Shown: positions 28,658-37,246, numbered from the stretch's first letter. The stretch is 48,471 nucleotides of DNA from Candidatus Zixiibacteriota bacterium (GCA_036745245.1 DAIOGN010000004.1:1-48471); one strand, 5' to 3'. The notes: generated by a model from the sequence alone, not told the origin. Translations and numbers: made by a program.

Positions 28658-28848
28658 ACACGACGCTGCGGCCCCTTGGGAGAAAGCAAGAGCTGCCTCG
28701 GACACTAGGCGTGATTCTGCTCCTGGTGTGGGCTTTGGCCCTGGCTCTGGCCCCAAGCAAAACGATGAGTGAATTCGTTCACGTACTGATCGTGGGGGCC
28801 GCAGCGGTTGTGCTTTTCAGACTCATCAGCGGCAGGCGATGGGCGTGA
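28654..28848 (+). CDS. lmo0937/DUF5670-like small two-TM membrane protein
   Basis: GTGA start/stop overlap with the upstream gene. ..GVILLLVWALALA..FVHVLIVGAAAVVLFRLISGRR aligns with the paralogue at 35874-36023. Start could also be GTG 28711. Confidence 0.65.
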   Translation: MNTTLRPLGRKQELPRTLGVILLLVWALALALAPSKTMSEFVHVLIVGAAAVVLFRLISGRRWA

Positions 28849-28876
28849 TGCGAAACCCTTTAAGAAAGGAACAGTC

Positions 28877-29107
28877 ATGAATACTATGTCTATAGTCGGC
28901 GTGATTCTCATTGTGCTCGGTGTGGTGGGACTCGTGTACGGAGGCATCACCTACACCACGCAGGAGAACCTGATCGACCTGGGAGATCTTGAGGTGAAAG
29001 TCGATCAGGAGAGAAGAATCCCGTTGCCGCCCATCGGCGGAGCGGCAGCCATGGCGCTCGGGATCGTGTTGCTGTTCGTCGGGCGGCGCCAGCCCGCGCG
29101 CGCGTGA
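28877..29107 (+). CDS. small two-TM membrane protein (DUF3185-like)
   Basis: AAGGAA RBS. MNTMSIVGVILIVLGVVGLVYGG...GGAAAMALGIVLLFVGRRQ. Family name tentative. Confidence 0.6.
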   Translation: MNTMSIVGVILIVLGVVGLVYGGITYTTQENLIDLGDLEVKVDQERRIPLPPIGGAAAMALGIVLLFVGRRQPARA

Positions 29108-30585
29108 ACGGCCCGGGAGCAGGCCGCATGGCGTTGAGCGTATCCGCCTGCGTTGCCCTGCTTGCGCTCTGCCTGGGTGCGGGTCTTGCCGGCTGCGCCG
29201 TCAACCAGGCCACCGGCGAACGGCACCTGGATCTGATCGGGAAGCAGGGTGAAATCGCCATGGGGCAACAAGCGGACACGCAGATTGTCGCAAGTCTTGG
29301 GGTCGTCCCCAGCGCAGACTTGCAACGCTATGCTCAGGATCTGGGCACGAAGCTCGCCGAAACCTCGGAGAGACCCGAGCTCCCCTGGACCTTTCGGGTC
29401 ATCGACGACCCGACGGTCAATGCCTTCGCGGTGCCGGGTGGGTTCATCTACGTCACACGCGGGTTGATGACGTACGTGGATAATGAGGTGCAACTGGCCG
29501 GGATCGTGGGGCACGAGATCGGGCACGTGACTGCGCAGCACTCCGTGCACCGTATGTCTGCCGATCAGTTGACGCAGGTGGGCGTGATGGCCGGGATGAT
29601 CCTCATTCCGGAGCTACAGAAATTCGGGGGGCTGGTCGACGCCGGGCTGGGACTCCTGTACTTGAAGTTCAGTCGCGACGATGAGACCCAGGCCGATCAG
29701 CTGGGGCTCCGTTACATGGTGAAGGCGGGGCAGGATCCACGCCAGTTGATCGAAGTGTTCGACATGCTGGCCCGCGTCGGCCAGACGGCCGGCAGCGGAC
29801 GCCTCCCCGAGTGGCTTGCAACGCACCCAAACCCCGAGAACAGAAGCCAGCGTATCCAGACAGAATTGGATACGTTCACCACGAACCTGAGCGCCCTTTC
29901 CGTACATCGGAACGATTATCTTAGCCTGATCGATGGTATGGTATTTGGTCCGAACCCTCGTGAGGGGTTCTTCCGCGCCCAGCACTTTTATCAGCCCGAG
30001 ATGGAGTTCGAATATGAATTCCCATCAGGCTGGCAGACGGCGAACATGAGGGATGCGGTGGCTGCGGTGAGTCGCGACCAGGATGCCATCGTGCAAATCA
30101 CGCTGGCACAGGGTGTCTCCGGCCTGAAGGCCGCCCAGCAGTTCTTCGGGCAGGAGGGGCTGCAGTCGGAGAGCCTCGAACACAAGACACAGAACGGCCT
30201 CCAGACGTATTCAGCCGGTTTCCGTGCGCAAACAGAAGATGGAGTGCTGCGGGGCAGAGCGTCGTTCGTCGAGTACAAAGGACTCACCTACCGGTTGCTT
30301 GGCTACACCACCGAACCCCTCTGGTCAAAGTATCAGAGCAGCCTGGGGGGGTCCATGGGGACATTCCGGCAACTCACCGATCCTCAGATTCTGCAGGTAC
30401 AGCCCTTGCACCTCAAGATCCTCACGGTGACTGCCCCGTCGACCCTGGCGGCGCTGGCTCAGCAACACGCCTCCCCGGTGCCGCTTTCGACCCTGGCGAT
30501 CATCAACCAGATCGAAGAGACTGCCAGTGTGAAGACGGGCGATCGAATCAAAATGGTGATGGGAGTGCAACTGGCCGTCCGGTGA
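29104..30585 (+). CDS. M48-family zinc metallopeptidase lipoprotein (BepA/LoiP-like)
   Basis: GTGA overlap start, or ATG 29128 (MALSVSACVALLALCLGAGLAGC). HEIGH zinc motif (GHEIGHVTAQH), downstream ..ETQADQLG... Confidence 0.85.
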   Translation: MNGPGAGRMALSVSACVALLALCLGAGLAGCAVNQATGERHLDLIGKQGEIAMGQQADTQIVASLGVVPSADLQRYAQDLGTKLAETSERPELPWTFRVIDDPTVNAFAVPGGFIYVTRGLMTYVDNEVQLAGIVGHEIGHVTAQHSVHRMSADQLTQVGVMAGMILIPELQKFGGLVDAGLGLLYLKFSRDDETQADQLGLRYMVKAGQDPRQLIEVFDMLARVGQTAGSGRLPEWLATHPNPENRSQRIQTELDTFTTNLSALSVHRNDYLSLIDGMVFGPNPREGFFRAQHFYQPEMEFEYEFPSGWQTANMRDAVAAVSRDQDAIVQITLAQGVSGLKAAQQFFGQEGLQSESLEHKTQNGLQTYSAGFRAQTEDGVLRGRASFVEYKGLTYRLLGYTTEPLWSKYQSSLGGSMGTFRQLTDPQILQVQPLHLKILTVTAPSTLAALAQQHASPVPLSTLAIINQIEETASVKTGDRIKMVMGVQLAVR

Positions 30586-30605
30586 CTGCGCAAAGTGAGG
30601 ACGGC

Positions 30606-31556
30606 TTACCCCGCCTGGTCGGAACGTTCAAGCCAGTTCAGCATCGCGGTGATACTCCCCGTGGCCAGGCCGATGCTGGTGTCGGCCGCTCCATAGTACA
30701 GATGCAGGGTGTCGCCATCGGGTAAGATGGTGTAGCCGCAGGGAAACACCACATAGCCCACGTCGCCCTGCAGTTCGTAGGGCGCTTCCGGGCCAAAGAC
30801 CCACTGACTGCCGCGCTTGAGGCACCGATCCGGGTGATTCAAGTCGAACAAGGCGAGCCCGACTCGGTAGAGGGCACCCGCGGCCGTGTGTCGCACTCCG
30901 TGGTAGATGACGAGCCAGCCCTTTGGAGTTTCAATCGGCGGCGGTGAAAGACCAATCTTGTTGGCGTCCCACCACCCTCCGCGTCGAGCTTCCATCATGA
31001 GCTGGGGTCCGCCCCAGTGCGTGAGATCGGGAGAATACGAAATCCACATGTGAGCGCGGGCCGAGCTCACCGGCCGGTGAATCAGCGCCCACCGACCGTC
31101 GATGCGACGTGGCAGGAGGGTCGCGTCTTTGTCGTCTGGAGACATGATGATCCCATGGCGCCTGAAGGTGCGGAAGTCGGCGGTGGTGGCCAGCGCCACG
31201 CCCGGTCCTTCGCGAGTGAAAGCCGTGTACACCACGACGTACTCATTCAGCTCGGGAACGAAGGTGATGCGGGGATCCTCAATGCCCCACAATTCCTCAG
31301 GATAGTTCTCGGGGTCAGGCATCAGAGTGGGTTTCGGATCGATCTGCCACCCGTCCACGCCGTTGGTGGAGCGGGCCGCGCACAGATGCGAGTGCCCTGT
31401 CCGGTCCTCCACGCGGCACAACAAGAGCGTCGTGCCGTCGGCCAGCAGGGTGGCGCCGGGATTGAACACGCTGTGGACGGGATAGGGCCAGCCGGCTGCC
31501 GTGAGGATGGGGTTGTGCCGGTGGCGTTTGAACAGCTCGGGGTGAGTAACATTCAT
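30606..31556 (-). CDS. GH130-family glycoside phosphorylase/hydrolase (DUF377-type)
   Basis: 316 aa. NPILT..VFNPGA.., GIEDPRITF motif. No signal peptide. Confidence 0.8.
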   Translation of the reverse strand: MNVTHPELFKRHRHNPILTAAGWPYPVHSVFNPGATLLADGTTLLLCRVEDRTGHSHLCAARSTNGVDGWQIDPKPTLMPDPENYPEELWGIEDPRITFVPELNEYVVVYTAFTREGPGVALATTADFRTFRRHGIIMSPDDKDATLLPRRIDGRWALIHRPVSSARAHMWISYSPDLTHWGGPQLMMEARRGGWWDANKIGLSPPPIETPKGWLVIYHGVRHTAAGALYRVGLALFDLNHPDRCLKRGSQWVFGPEAPYELQGDVGYVVFPCGYTILPDGDTLHLYYGAADTSIGLATGSITAMLNWLERSDQAG

Positions 31557-33838
31557 CTGGAGAGCGTCTCCGCAGGATAAAACGAGTTTTCTGCCAGTCG
31601 CAATTCCAGCAGGGATTGGAGGAAGGCGAGAGTGGACTCTGCGCCGAGGTTTTCGTTGGGCCGATCGGGGTGCAGACCATCACGACATCCCCCCGTGGTG
31701 GGATCGTAGATGGAGAGGTTCAGATCGTTGCGCCCGAGAAACCACTCGAACGCGCGCTGGGCTTCCTTTCGCCAGCGGTTGTCCCGGGTGATTCGATAGG
31801 CTTCGAGACACGCAGACACCATGGCCTGGCCCTCCACCGGCTGCTGGTCGAAGCGGGCGCGCTCACCCCCTTTTCTGTAGAAGCCGTTTGAGCCGATGGG
31901 AACGAAGTGCCCTCCCTTGCTGGCTCGCTGGATGTCGCTCAGCCAGGCCAGCGATTCCAGTCCGGCTTCCATCATGGCCGTACTTTGAACGGATTGTCCA
32001 CAGATCAGCGATGCATGCGGCAACACGGCGTTGCAATAGGTCAGCCCCTCTTCGTACCAACGCCAGTCGTCGGTGCGACAACGGCGATACAGAGATAAGA
32101 GTCGCTCGGACAATTGCTCCTGGACCTGGCTGGCGCGCCGATCGCCCGCGAAACGTTTCAAGTATTCGTGGATACCCAGGAGCCCGAAGGCCCAGGCCCG
32201 TGGACTGGTGGTATCGACGATGGCAGGCAGAGCCCGCTCGAACAGCCAGCCTGCCATGCTCTGAAGTGCCGGTGTGTGAGAGCGGCCCATTACAGTACCC
32301 AGGGCCCACAAGGCACGTCCATGGCTGTCGTCTGAACCGCTCGTCTCCAGCCAGGTCCGCTGGTAGGTCATGAAATTGCGAAAACGGCCGTTCTCGGAGC
32401 TGTAGGCGTACCAGAGGAACCCGAGGTACCGTGAGGCCAGTTCGACGGCGGCCTCCTGGCCCACATCCTCCAGAAGAGCGCTTACGATGAGAGCACGAGC
32501 ATTGTCGTCGGTCGTGTACCCTTCGTGGTAGTTGGGGATCGTGAAGATGGCGTGCTGCAGAATGCCGGTTTCGTCGGTCATGTGGCGCAGATGATCCAAC
32601 CGCAAGGGCGGTAGTTCCCCCGGATGCTTGTCGAGAGCCTTGACCGTAAATCCCGGGCTGCTGAAGTGCCTGCGTTCCGCCCGGGCGCGTTCGAAGGTTT
32701 CGAAATAGCGGCGCGCCACCTGAGTCCAGACCATGTCCCGGCCGAACAGGTAGGCCCGCTTGCGCATCGCATGGCGCCCGGCTTCGTCATTCAACAGCCC
32801 GATCACTGTCTGTCCCATGGCTACAGAGTCTTTGAATGGCACCAGCACCCCTCTCTCCTGGGCCAGCATCTCTTCGGCGTACCAGTAGGGCGTGGAAACG
32901 ACCGCCTTGCCTGCACCCAGTGTGTACGCCAGGGTGCCCGACGTGATCTGGGCCAAATTGAGGTAGGGAGTGATGTAGATGTCCGCGGCGCCGATGAATT
33001 CAATCAGCTCTTCCAGACTGACAAAACGGTTGTGGAAAATTACGTGGCCCTCCACGCCCCGTTCTCGAGCCAGCCATTGCAAGGACAGTCGGTAGGCCTC
33101 TCCGTCCACTTCCTTTACATGAGGATGGGTTTCGCCCAGGATGATATAGACCACCTGTGGATGAACTTCCAGAATTGCCGGGAGGGCTTCAATTACATGC
33201 TCGATTCCCTTGCTGGACGAGAGCAGCCCGAAGCTGAGCAGGACCATCTTGCCTTCCACCCCAAACAGATCCTTGTGGAAGCTGGGATCCACGAAGGGGA
33301 CATCCGGGATGCCGTGGGGAATCATGTCGACTTTGTTCTCGGGGATCTGGTAGATCTCCTTCAGGAAGACTTTTGCGCGTTCGCTCATGACCACCAGGCG
33401 GTCTGATAGATCCGCAATGTCCTTCAGCACCGATCGCTGATCGGCGTCCGGTTCGGCCAGAATGGTGTGAAGCGTGGTGACCGTGGGCATGCGCAACTCG
33501 CGCAGCAAAGCCAGGATGTGACTTCCAGCCCGGCCGCCGAAAATGCCGTACTCATGTTGCAGACACACCAGATCGACATTGTTGATGTTGAGAAAGTCTG
33601 CCGCCCGGCGATAGGAATTGATGTCTTTCTCTGTGAGCTCAAAGCGGACGCGGGCCGGGTATTCGTAGCCCTCCGCCGTGTCATTCACCGGAAGTGCGAT
33701 GCAGGTGGTGCCCTCACGCTCAGCCGCCACGGCCTCGCACAGGTCGGTGGTGAACGTGGCGATGCCGCACCGGCGCGGCATATAATTGCCGACAAAGGCA
33801 ATGCGCCGGAGGAGGGGCGTGGGTGGGCCGGACTGCAA
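31553..33838 (-). CDS. GT4 glycosyltransferase fused to a C-terminal (alpha/alpha)6-barrel-like domain
   Basis: 761 aa. The N-terminal half is GT1/GT4-like (..EYGIFGG.., ..GTLAYTLGAGKAVVSTP..). The C-terminal ~350 aa is helical-repeat, W/Y-rich. 4-nt overlap with the GH130 gene. Confidence 0.8.
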   Translation of the reverse strand: MQSGPPTPLLRRIAFVGNYMPRRCGIATFTTDLCEAVAAEREGTTCIALPVNDTAEGYEYPARVRFELTEKDINSYRRAADFLNINNVDLVCLQHEYGIFGGRAGSHILALLRELRMPTVTTLHTILAEPDADQRSVLKDIADLSDRLVVMSERAKVFLKEIYQIPENKVDMIPHGIPDVPFVDPSFHKDLFGVEGKMVLLSFGLLSSSKGIEHVIEALPAILEVHPQVVYIILGETHPHVKEVDGEAYRLSLQWLARERGVEGHVIFHNRFVSLEELIEFIGAADIYITPYLNLAQITSGTLAYTLGAGKAVVSTPYWYAEEMLAQERGVLVPFKDSVAMGQTVIGLLNDEAGRHAMRKRAYLFGRDMVWTQVARRYFETFERARAERRHFSSPGFTVKALDKHPGELPPLRLDHLRHMTDETGILQHAIFTIPNYHEGYTTDDNARALIVSALLEDVGQEAAVELASRYLGFLWYAYSSENGRFRNFMTYQRTWLETSGSDDSHGRALWALGTVMGRSHTPALQSMAGWLFERALPAIVDTTSPRAWAFGLLGIHEYLKRFAGDRRASQVQEQLSERLLSLYRRCRTDDWRWYEEGLTYCNAVLPHASLICGQSVQSTAMMEAGLESLAWLSDIQRASKGGHFVPIGSNGFYRKGGERARFDQQPVEGQAMVSACLEAYRITRDNRWRKEAQRAFEWFLGRNDLNLSIYDPTTGGCRDGLHPDRPNENLGAESTLAFLQSLLELRLAENSFYPAETLSR

Positions 33839-34100
33839 AAAGCTGGCTTCCTTTCTATGTGGCGATGGCGAGTCGCCTCAAGCTGTTGCCATGGGTAGAA
33901 CGGATCGCGAGCCGGATCGCTCGAATGTTCGCGGCCACCGAGGGAAACAACCTCTTTCACTCGAAGTATAGCGCACAACGTCGGCACGAACAAAAGCTAA
34001 AGAGTGCCAAGCACTTATTACCAACGAATGCACAGAGCCGTTGGTCGGTTGCGGCTCTGGTCCACGTGGGCCGATTTCGTCCGCGTCGGTCTAATCTGGA

Positions 34101-34129
34101 TTGACGAGGCTGTCCGACTTTCGTAGATT
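34101..34129 (+). promoter_or_regulatory. candidate sigma70-type promoter of the response regulator (TTGACG-N17-TAGATT)
   Basis: Hexamers read directly. Preceded by GGA, giving the same GGATTGACG 9-mer as elements B and C. AGGAGG RBS at 34163-34168. Confidence 0.35.
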
Positions 34130-34177
34130 TAATTCGACTTATGTCGAAAGATCCGATTGCGTAGGAGGCCACCCGTC

Positions 34178-34990
34178 ATGCCGAAGTCCCGAACCGCACT
34201 AAAGACCCGAGGGGTACTAAAGACCCGAACCGCACTAGAGACCCGAACCGCACTAAAGACCCGAGCCGCACTAAAGACCCGAGTCGCACCGACGATCCGG
34301 GTGCTTTTGATAGAGGACAATCGCCTGCTACGCGAAGGCGTCACCGCCATGCTCAATGACCAGCCGGACATCAAGACCGTCTCGTCAGCCGGCAATGGAG
34401 ACGCGATGGAGAAGGCGAGAACGTTTAAGCCTCATGTAGTGTTGCTTGACCTGGGCCTGAGAAGCCAGAACAGCCTGAAGATTGCGGAGCACGTCAAGAG
34501 AGAGTTTCCGAAGTGCGAAGTGGTGCTGATGGACCTGATTCCCATACACAGCGAGGTGGTCGAGTTCGTGAAACTGGGCGTGTCGGGCTTTATCCTGAAG
34601 GACGCCACCATCGACGACTTCTTGCACACGATACGCTCGGTGGCTGAAGGCAAGAAGGTGCTGCCGCCGCTCCTCACCGAGACCCTGTTCTCTCACATCG
34701 TCAAGTACGCGCTTCAGACCGGGAAACACGATACCGTGCTCAGGGCGGTGAAACTGACCAGACGTGAGCAGGAAATCATAGGCCTGATTGCGAGAGGGAT
34801 GAGCAATAAGGAGATTTCCGGCGAGCTCAGCATTGCCGTCCATACCGTGAAGAGCCATGTCCACAACACGCTTGAGAAACTGGCTCTTCACACCCGCCTG
34901 GAATTAGCCAGCTTTGCCCTTAGACCAGATTCCAAGGTCCAGGCCGGTCTGCAGCGCCTCGATTCATCGCTCTCGACCCCTCTCTTGTAA
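34178..34990 (+). CDS. NarL/LuxR-family response regulator (REC + LuxR HTH) with N-terminal hexapeptide repeat extension
   Basis: ATG 34178 lies 9 nt after AGGAGG. REC motifs IEDN, VVLLDLGL, GFILKD. C-terminal LTRREQEIIGLIARGMSNKEISGELSIAVHTVKSHV. No histidine kinase nearby. Confidence 0.85.
   Translation: MPKSRTALKTRGVLKTRTALETRTALKTRAALKTRVAPTIRVLLIEDNRLLREGVTAMLNDQPDIKTVSSAGNGDAMEKARTFKPHVVLLDLGLRSQNSLKIAEHVKREFPKCEVVLMDLIPIHSEVVEFVKLGVSGFILKDATIDDFLHTIRSVAEGKKVLPPLLTETLFSHIVKYALQTGKHDTVLRAVKLTRREQEIIGLIARGMSNKEISGELSIAVHTVKSHVHNTLEKLALHTRLELASFALRPDSKVQAGLQRLDSSLSTPLL
34188..34295 (+). repeat. 18-bp tandem repeat x6 (last copy degenerate), in frame within the regulator N-terminus
   Basis: Units CCCGAACCGCACTAAAGA at 34188, 34206, 34224, 34242, 34260 and 34278. 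They encode (T/S)R(T/G/A)(A/V)L(K/E) x5. Confidence 0.9.
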
Positions 34991-35051
34991 GAGCTAGTTC
35001 TTCTTTCAATCCTCCGACGGATTGACGTTCCCCTGTGTCTCCCCGAAGTTG
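34991..35051 (+). promoter_or_regulatory. conserved 61-nt element, copy C (TCAATCC-N6-GGATTGA; TTGACG-N17-GAAGTT)
   Basis: Begins at the nucleotide after the regulator stop codon (TAA 34988-34990). Confidence 0.6.
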
Positions 35052-35087
35052 GTTTAGAGGCCAGGCCATCCCTGCTTCGAGTCGAAG

Positions 35088-35672
35088 ATGGCCACCTCGG
35101 GGCCGATGGCAGCCCGCATTGGGCGGCCCGGCACCCTCCAGCCGCCCCGGGGCTCATTGGCTCCCGGGGCGGGCGGACCAAACGTAAGACAGGGACAGGG
35201 GTACTGTGAGGCAGGAGCGATGGAGTCAAGGAATCCGACGGCGTGGGGAAGACGGTCACGTCGGGACAAGGACCCGCCACGGGAGCCACCACGAGGTGCT
35301 TCCGTGGCAGAGGACAAGCCGCTCACTCCAAAAGCCCGGAGCCAAACCGAGCAGAGCGCAATTCCGAACGAGGTTGAACGCGATGTCAATTGCAGCGAAT
35401 CCGTTCCGCATCTGCCCGCCGTGTTTCGGTCGGCCATGATCCTGTCCCATCTGGAGGGATTCTCCGCTTCGGAAATCGGTCGGCTGGCCGGCGTTCAACC
35501 TCGAGCCATCGAATCATTGCTCGTTCGCGGTCGCGAGCTGATGCGGGAAGAGTTCAGGGCCTACGTGAAGAGCTTTGACGACGCCAATGAAATCGCGAAT
35601 CGGGCCGAGGATTCGCTCGGGCCGCCGGAGCCGGGTGGTGCGCCAGCCTCCGTGGAATTGGACGAACCATGA
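35088..35672 (+). CDS. sigma-70 region-4 (ECF-type HTH) domain protein lacking a recognisable region 2
   Basis: LPAVFRSAMILSHLEGFSASEIGRLAGVQPRAIESLLVRGRELMREEF matches ECF sigma region 4. The N-terminal ~100 aa is Arg/Pro-rich and low complexity. Start uncertain (ATG 35088, 35106 or 35220). Confidence 0.5.
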   Translation: MATSGPMAARIGRPGTLQPPRGSLAPGAGGPNVRQGQGYCEAGAMESRNPTAWGRRSRRDKDPPREPPRGASVAEDKPLTPKARSQTEQSAIPNEVERDVNCSESVPHLPAVFRSAMILSHLEGFSASEIGRLAGVQPRAIESLLVRGRELMREEFRAYVKSFDDANEIANRAEDSLGPPEPGGAPASVELDEP

Positions 35673-35873
35673 CTTCCTGGTGGGCCGATCGCTTGCCGAT
35701 CGCATGGAGAGGCCCACGACTCCGAAGCATGGTCACGTTGCTGCCGCAGGGAACAGGCATCGCAGAACAAAGGCTTTCAGTTTGAATCGAAACAGGGTGC
35801 CGATGGGCCGCCTTCCAATCACGGCAAGCGCCGGTCGGCATCGCACGTTAGGAAACCAGATGAGGAGAGTCGT

Positions 35874-36023
35874 ATGTTGTGGACACTGGCTGTAATACTA
35901 TTCGTCCTGTGGGCGCTTGGCTTGACGGCGGGCTACGCCCTGGGTGGCTTCATTCACGTACTGATCGTGGTGGCCGTGGTGGCTGTACTCTTCAGGCTCA
36001 TCACCGGACGGCGGATCGCATGA
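35874..36023 (+). CDS. lmo0937/DUF5670-like small two-TM membrane protein (49 aa; below the ORF-track cutoff)
   Basis: GAGGAG RBS 5 nt upstream. MLWTLAVILFVLWALGLTAGYALGGFIHVLIVVAVVAVLFRLITGRRIA. Confidence 0.75.
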   Translation: MLWTLAVILFVLWALGLTAGYALGGFIHVLIVVAVVAVLFRLITGRRIA

Positions 36024-36173
36024 AGCTGGCTGGGTCGAGATGGATGCGTGCCTGAGCATTGTACCTGTCACGTGCGTACGTCTGATCCTGCCTGCCGCAG
36101 TGTGGGTCATTCGCGGAGACATCGCCTGTGCGTCGGCCACTCGCGTGGCCGACGTGAGAACAGAGTTCATACG

Positions 36174-36815
36174 ATGAACACGATTTGGTGGCTGCCCTTT
36201 TGGCCGCTGGTGCTCTTCATCGCATCCTGCAGCGACGGGTACACAGCCGTCCAGCAGGCCAGCACGACACGGGCCGAAGCCATGTGGAACACCACAGCCT
36301 ACGTCACGATGCTGAGGAATACGGCCATCTCCGTGACGCTCGCGGACTCCATCGACACGGATGTTCATCGGACAGGCACGGAGTTTCGAGCCACGCTGAC
36401 ACAGCCCATCGTCGTGGACCTGGACACCGTGTTCGCCGTCGGTGCCGGGGCCAGGGGCATTCTGAGCAGTGTGATCGAGTCCGGCGGACGCAGGTTCCGC
36501 GCCGAATTGCAATTTGGCCTCACGGCCCTCCAGAACTCCAGAGGGCAGTGGATCCGAATCGGTACCCACACGATCCAGGAGAGACGGGCCACAAGCACCA
36601 GCAAGAAGATCATTCTGGTGGGAGGTGGCGGCATCGTCGGTGGCATGGCGGGCACGGCCCCGGACTGGTATGGTAGTGCTGGGAGCGGTGCGAAACCCGG
36701 TGCCACCACCGGCCCGGATGTTCCATCTGCTCGACCCAGGCAGGGGATCTTTCATGGACCCGGTACAGAAATCGTCTTCTTTTCAAACGAATCGACGCGG
36801 ATTGCGCTGAGATAG
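36174..36815 (+). CDS. lipoprotein, paralogue of 28025-28657 with a degenerate Gly-zipper
   Basis: MNTIWWLPFWPLVLFIASC lipobox. The core VTMLRNTAISVTLADSIDTDV..GAGARGILSSVIESG is identical at 40/61 hand-aligned positions to the paralogue. Confidence 0.7.
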   Translation: MNTIWWLPFWPLVLFIASCSDGYTAVQQASTTRAEAMWNTTAYVTMLRNTAISVTLADSIDTDVHRTGTEFRATLTQPIVVDLDTVFAVGAGARGILSSVIESGGRRFRAELQFGLTALQNSRGQWIRIGTHTIQERRATSTSKKIILVGGGGIVGGMAGTAPDWYGSAGSGAKPGATTGPDVPSARPRQGIFHGPGTEIVFFSNESTRIALR

Positions 36816-37246
36816 CGCATGGTCGTGCGGCCCGGTGCTCGGAGTCGCCTGCACACTGCAGTGAGCCCTTGTTGATCCAGGCCGCGGTGGCTATTATCAC
36901 CCGCTACTCAGATCAATCGGCAGCGCCTCCGGTATAAATCCGGCAAAAAAAGTGGATTCAATTCAGCCTGGAGCACAACCGGCTGAATGGCAAGCCGGTA
37001 GCCGGGGCGGCCGGGGCCACGCGGCCCTCCAGCCAGGCAACCGCGATCACCACCGGGCGTAATCTTCATGGGGGGGTGAAACGCAAATGGACCCCTGAAC
37101 CCGACTTACGGGTTGGGCAAGGGGGCCATCGCACCGTATACTCCCGCCAGTTCACTGTGGACCATCACGACGATTCGGCGTCAAACCTGAACCGCATGCT
37201 GCGATGGTCGCGACTTGACAACCTGAACGTCGACAAGGAGTCTGAA

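Noticed and set aside
34188-34295. Considered whether the 18-bp repeats could be a mini CRISPR array or promoter iterons
   Set aside because: The units are directly adjacent with no spacers. They are in frame and lie downstream of a strong RBS/ATG. A coding tandem repeat is the simplest reading; the UTR alternative is kept as a caveat in the finding.
35206-35439. Frame +1 ORF with AQFRTRLNAMSIAANPF, faintly like the FSTWLyrIA.N segment of ECF sigma region 2. This raised the idea of a frameshifted full-length ECF sigma.
   Set aside because: The segment lies only a few codons before the region-4 LPAVFRS motif, whereas 40-60 residues are expected between them. No DAEDL.QE-type motif lies upstream. 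The resemblance is most likely chance.
36944-37076. A7 (36944-36950) and G7 (37070-37076) homopolymers in the gap upstream of the K/Q microprotein, as possible phase-variation tracts
   Set aside because: The tracts are short, not positioned between recognisable -35 and -10 hexamers or inside a reading frame, and there is no population data to show length variation.
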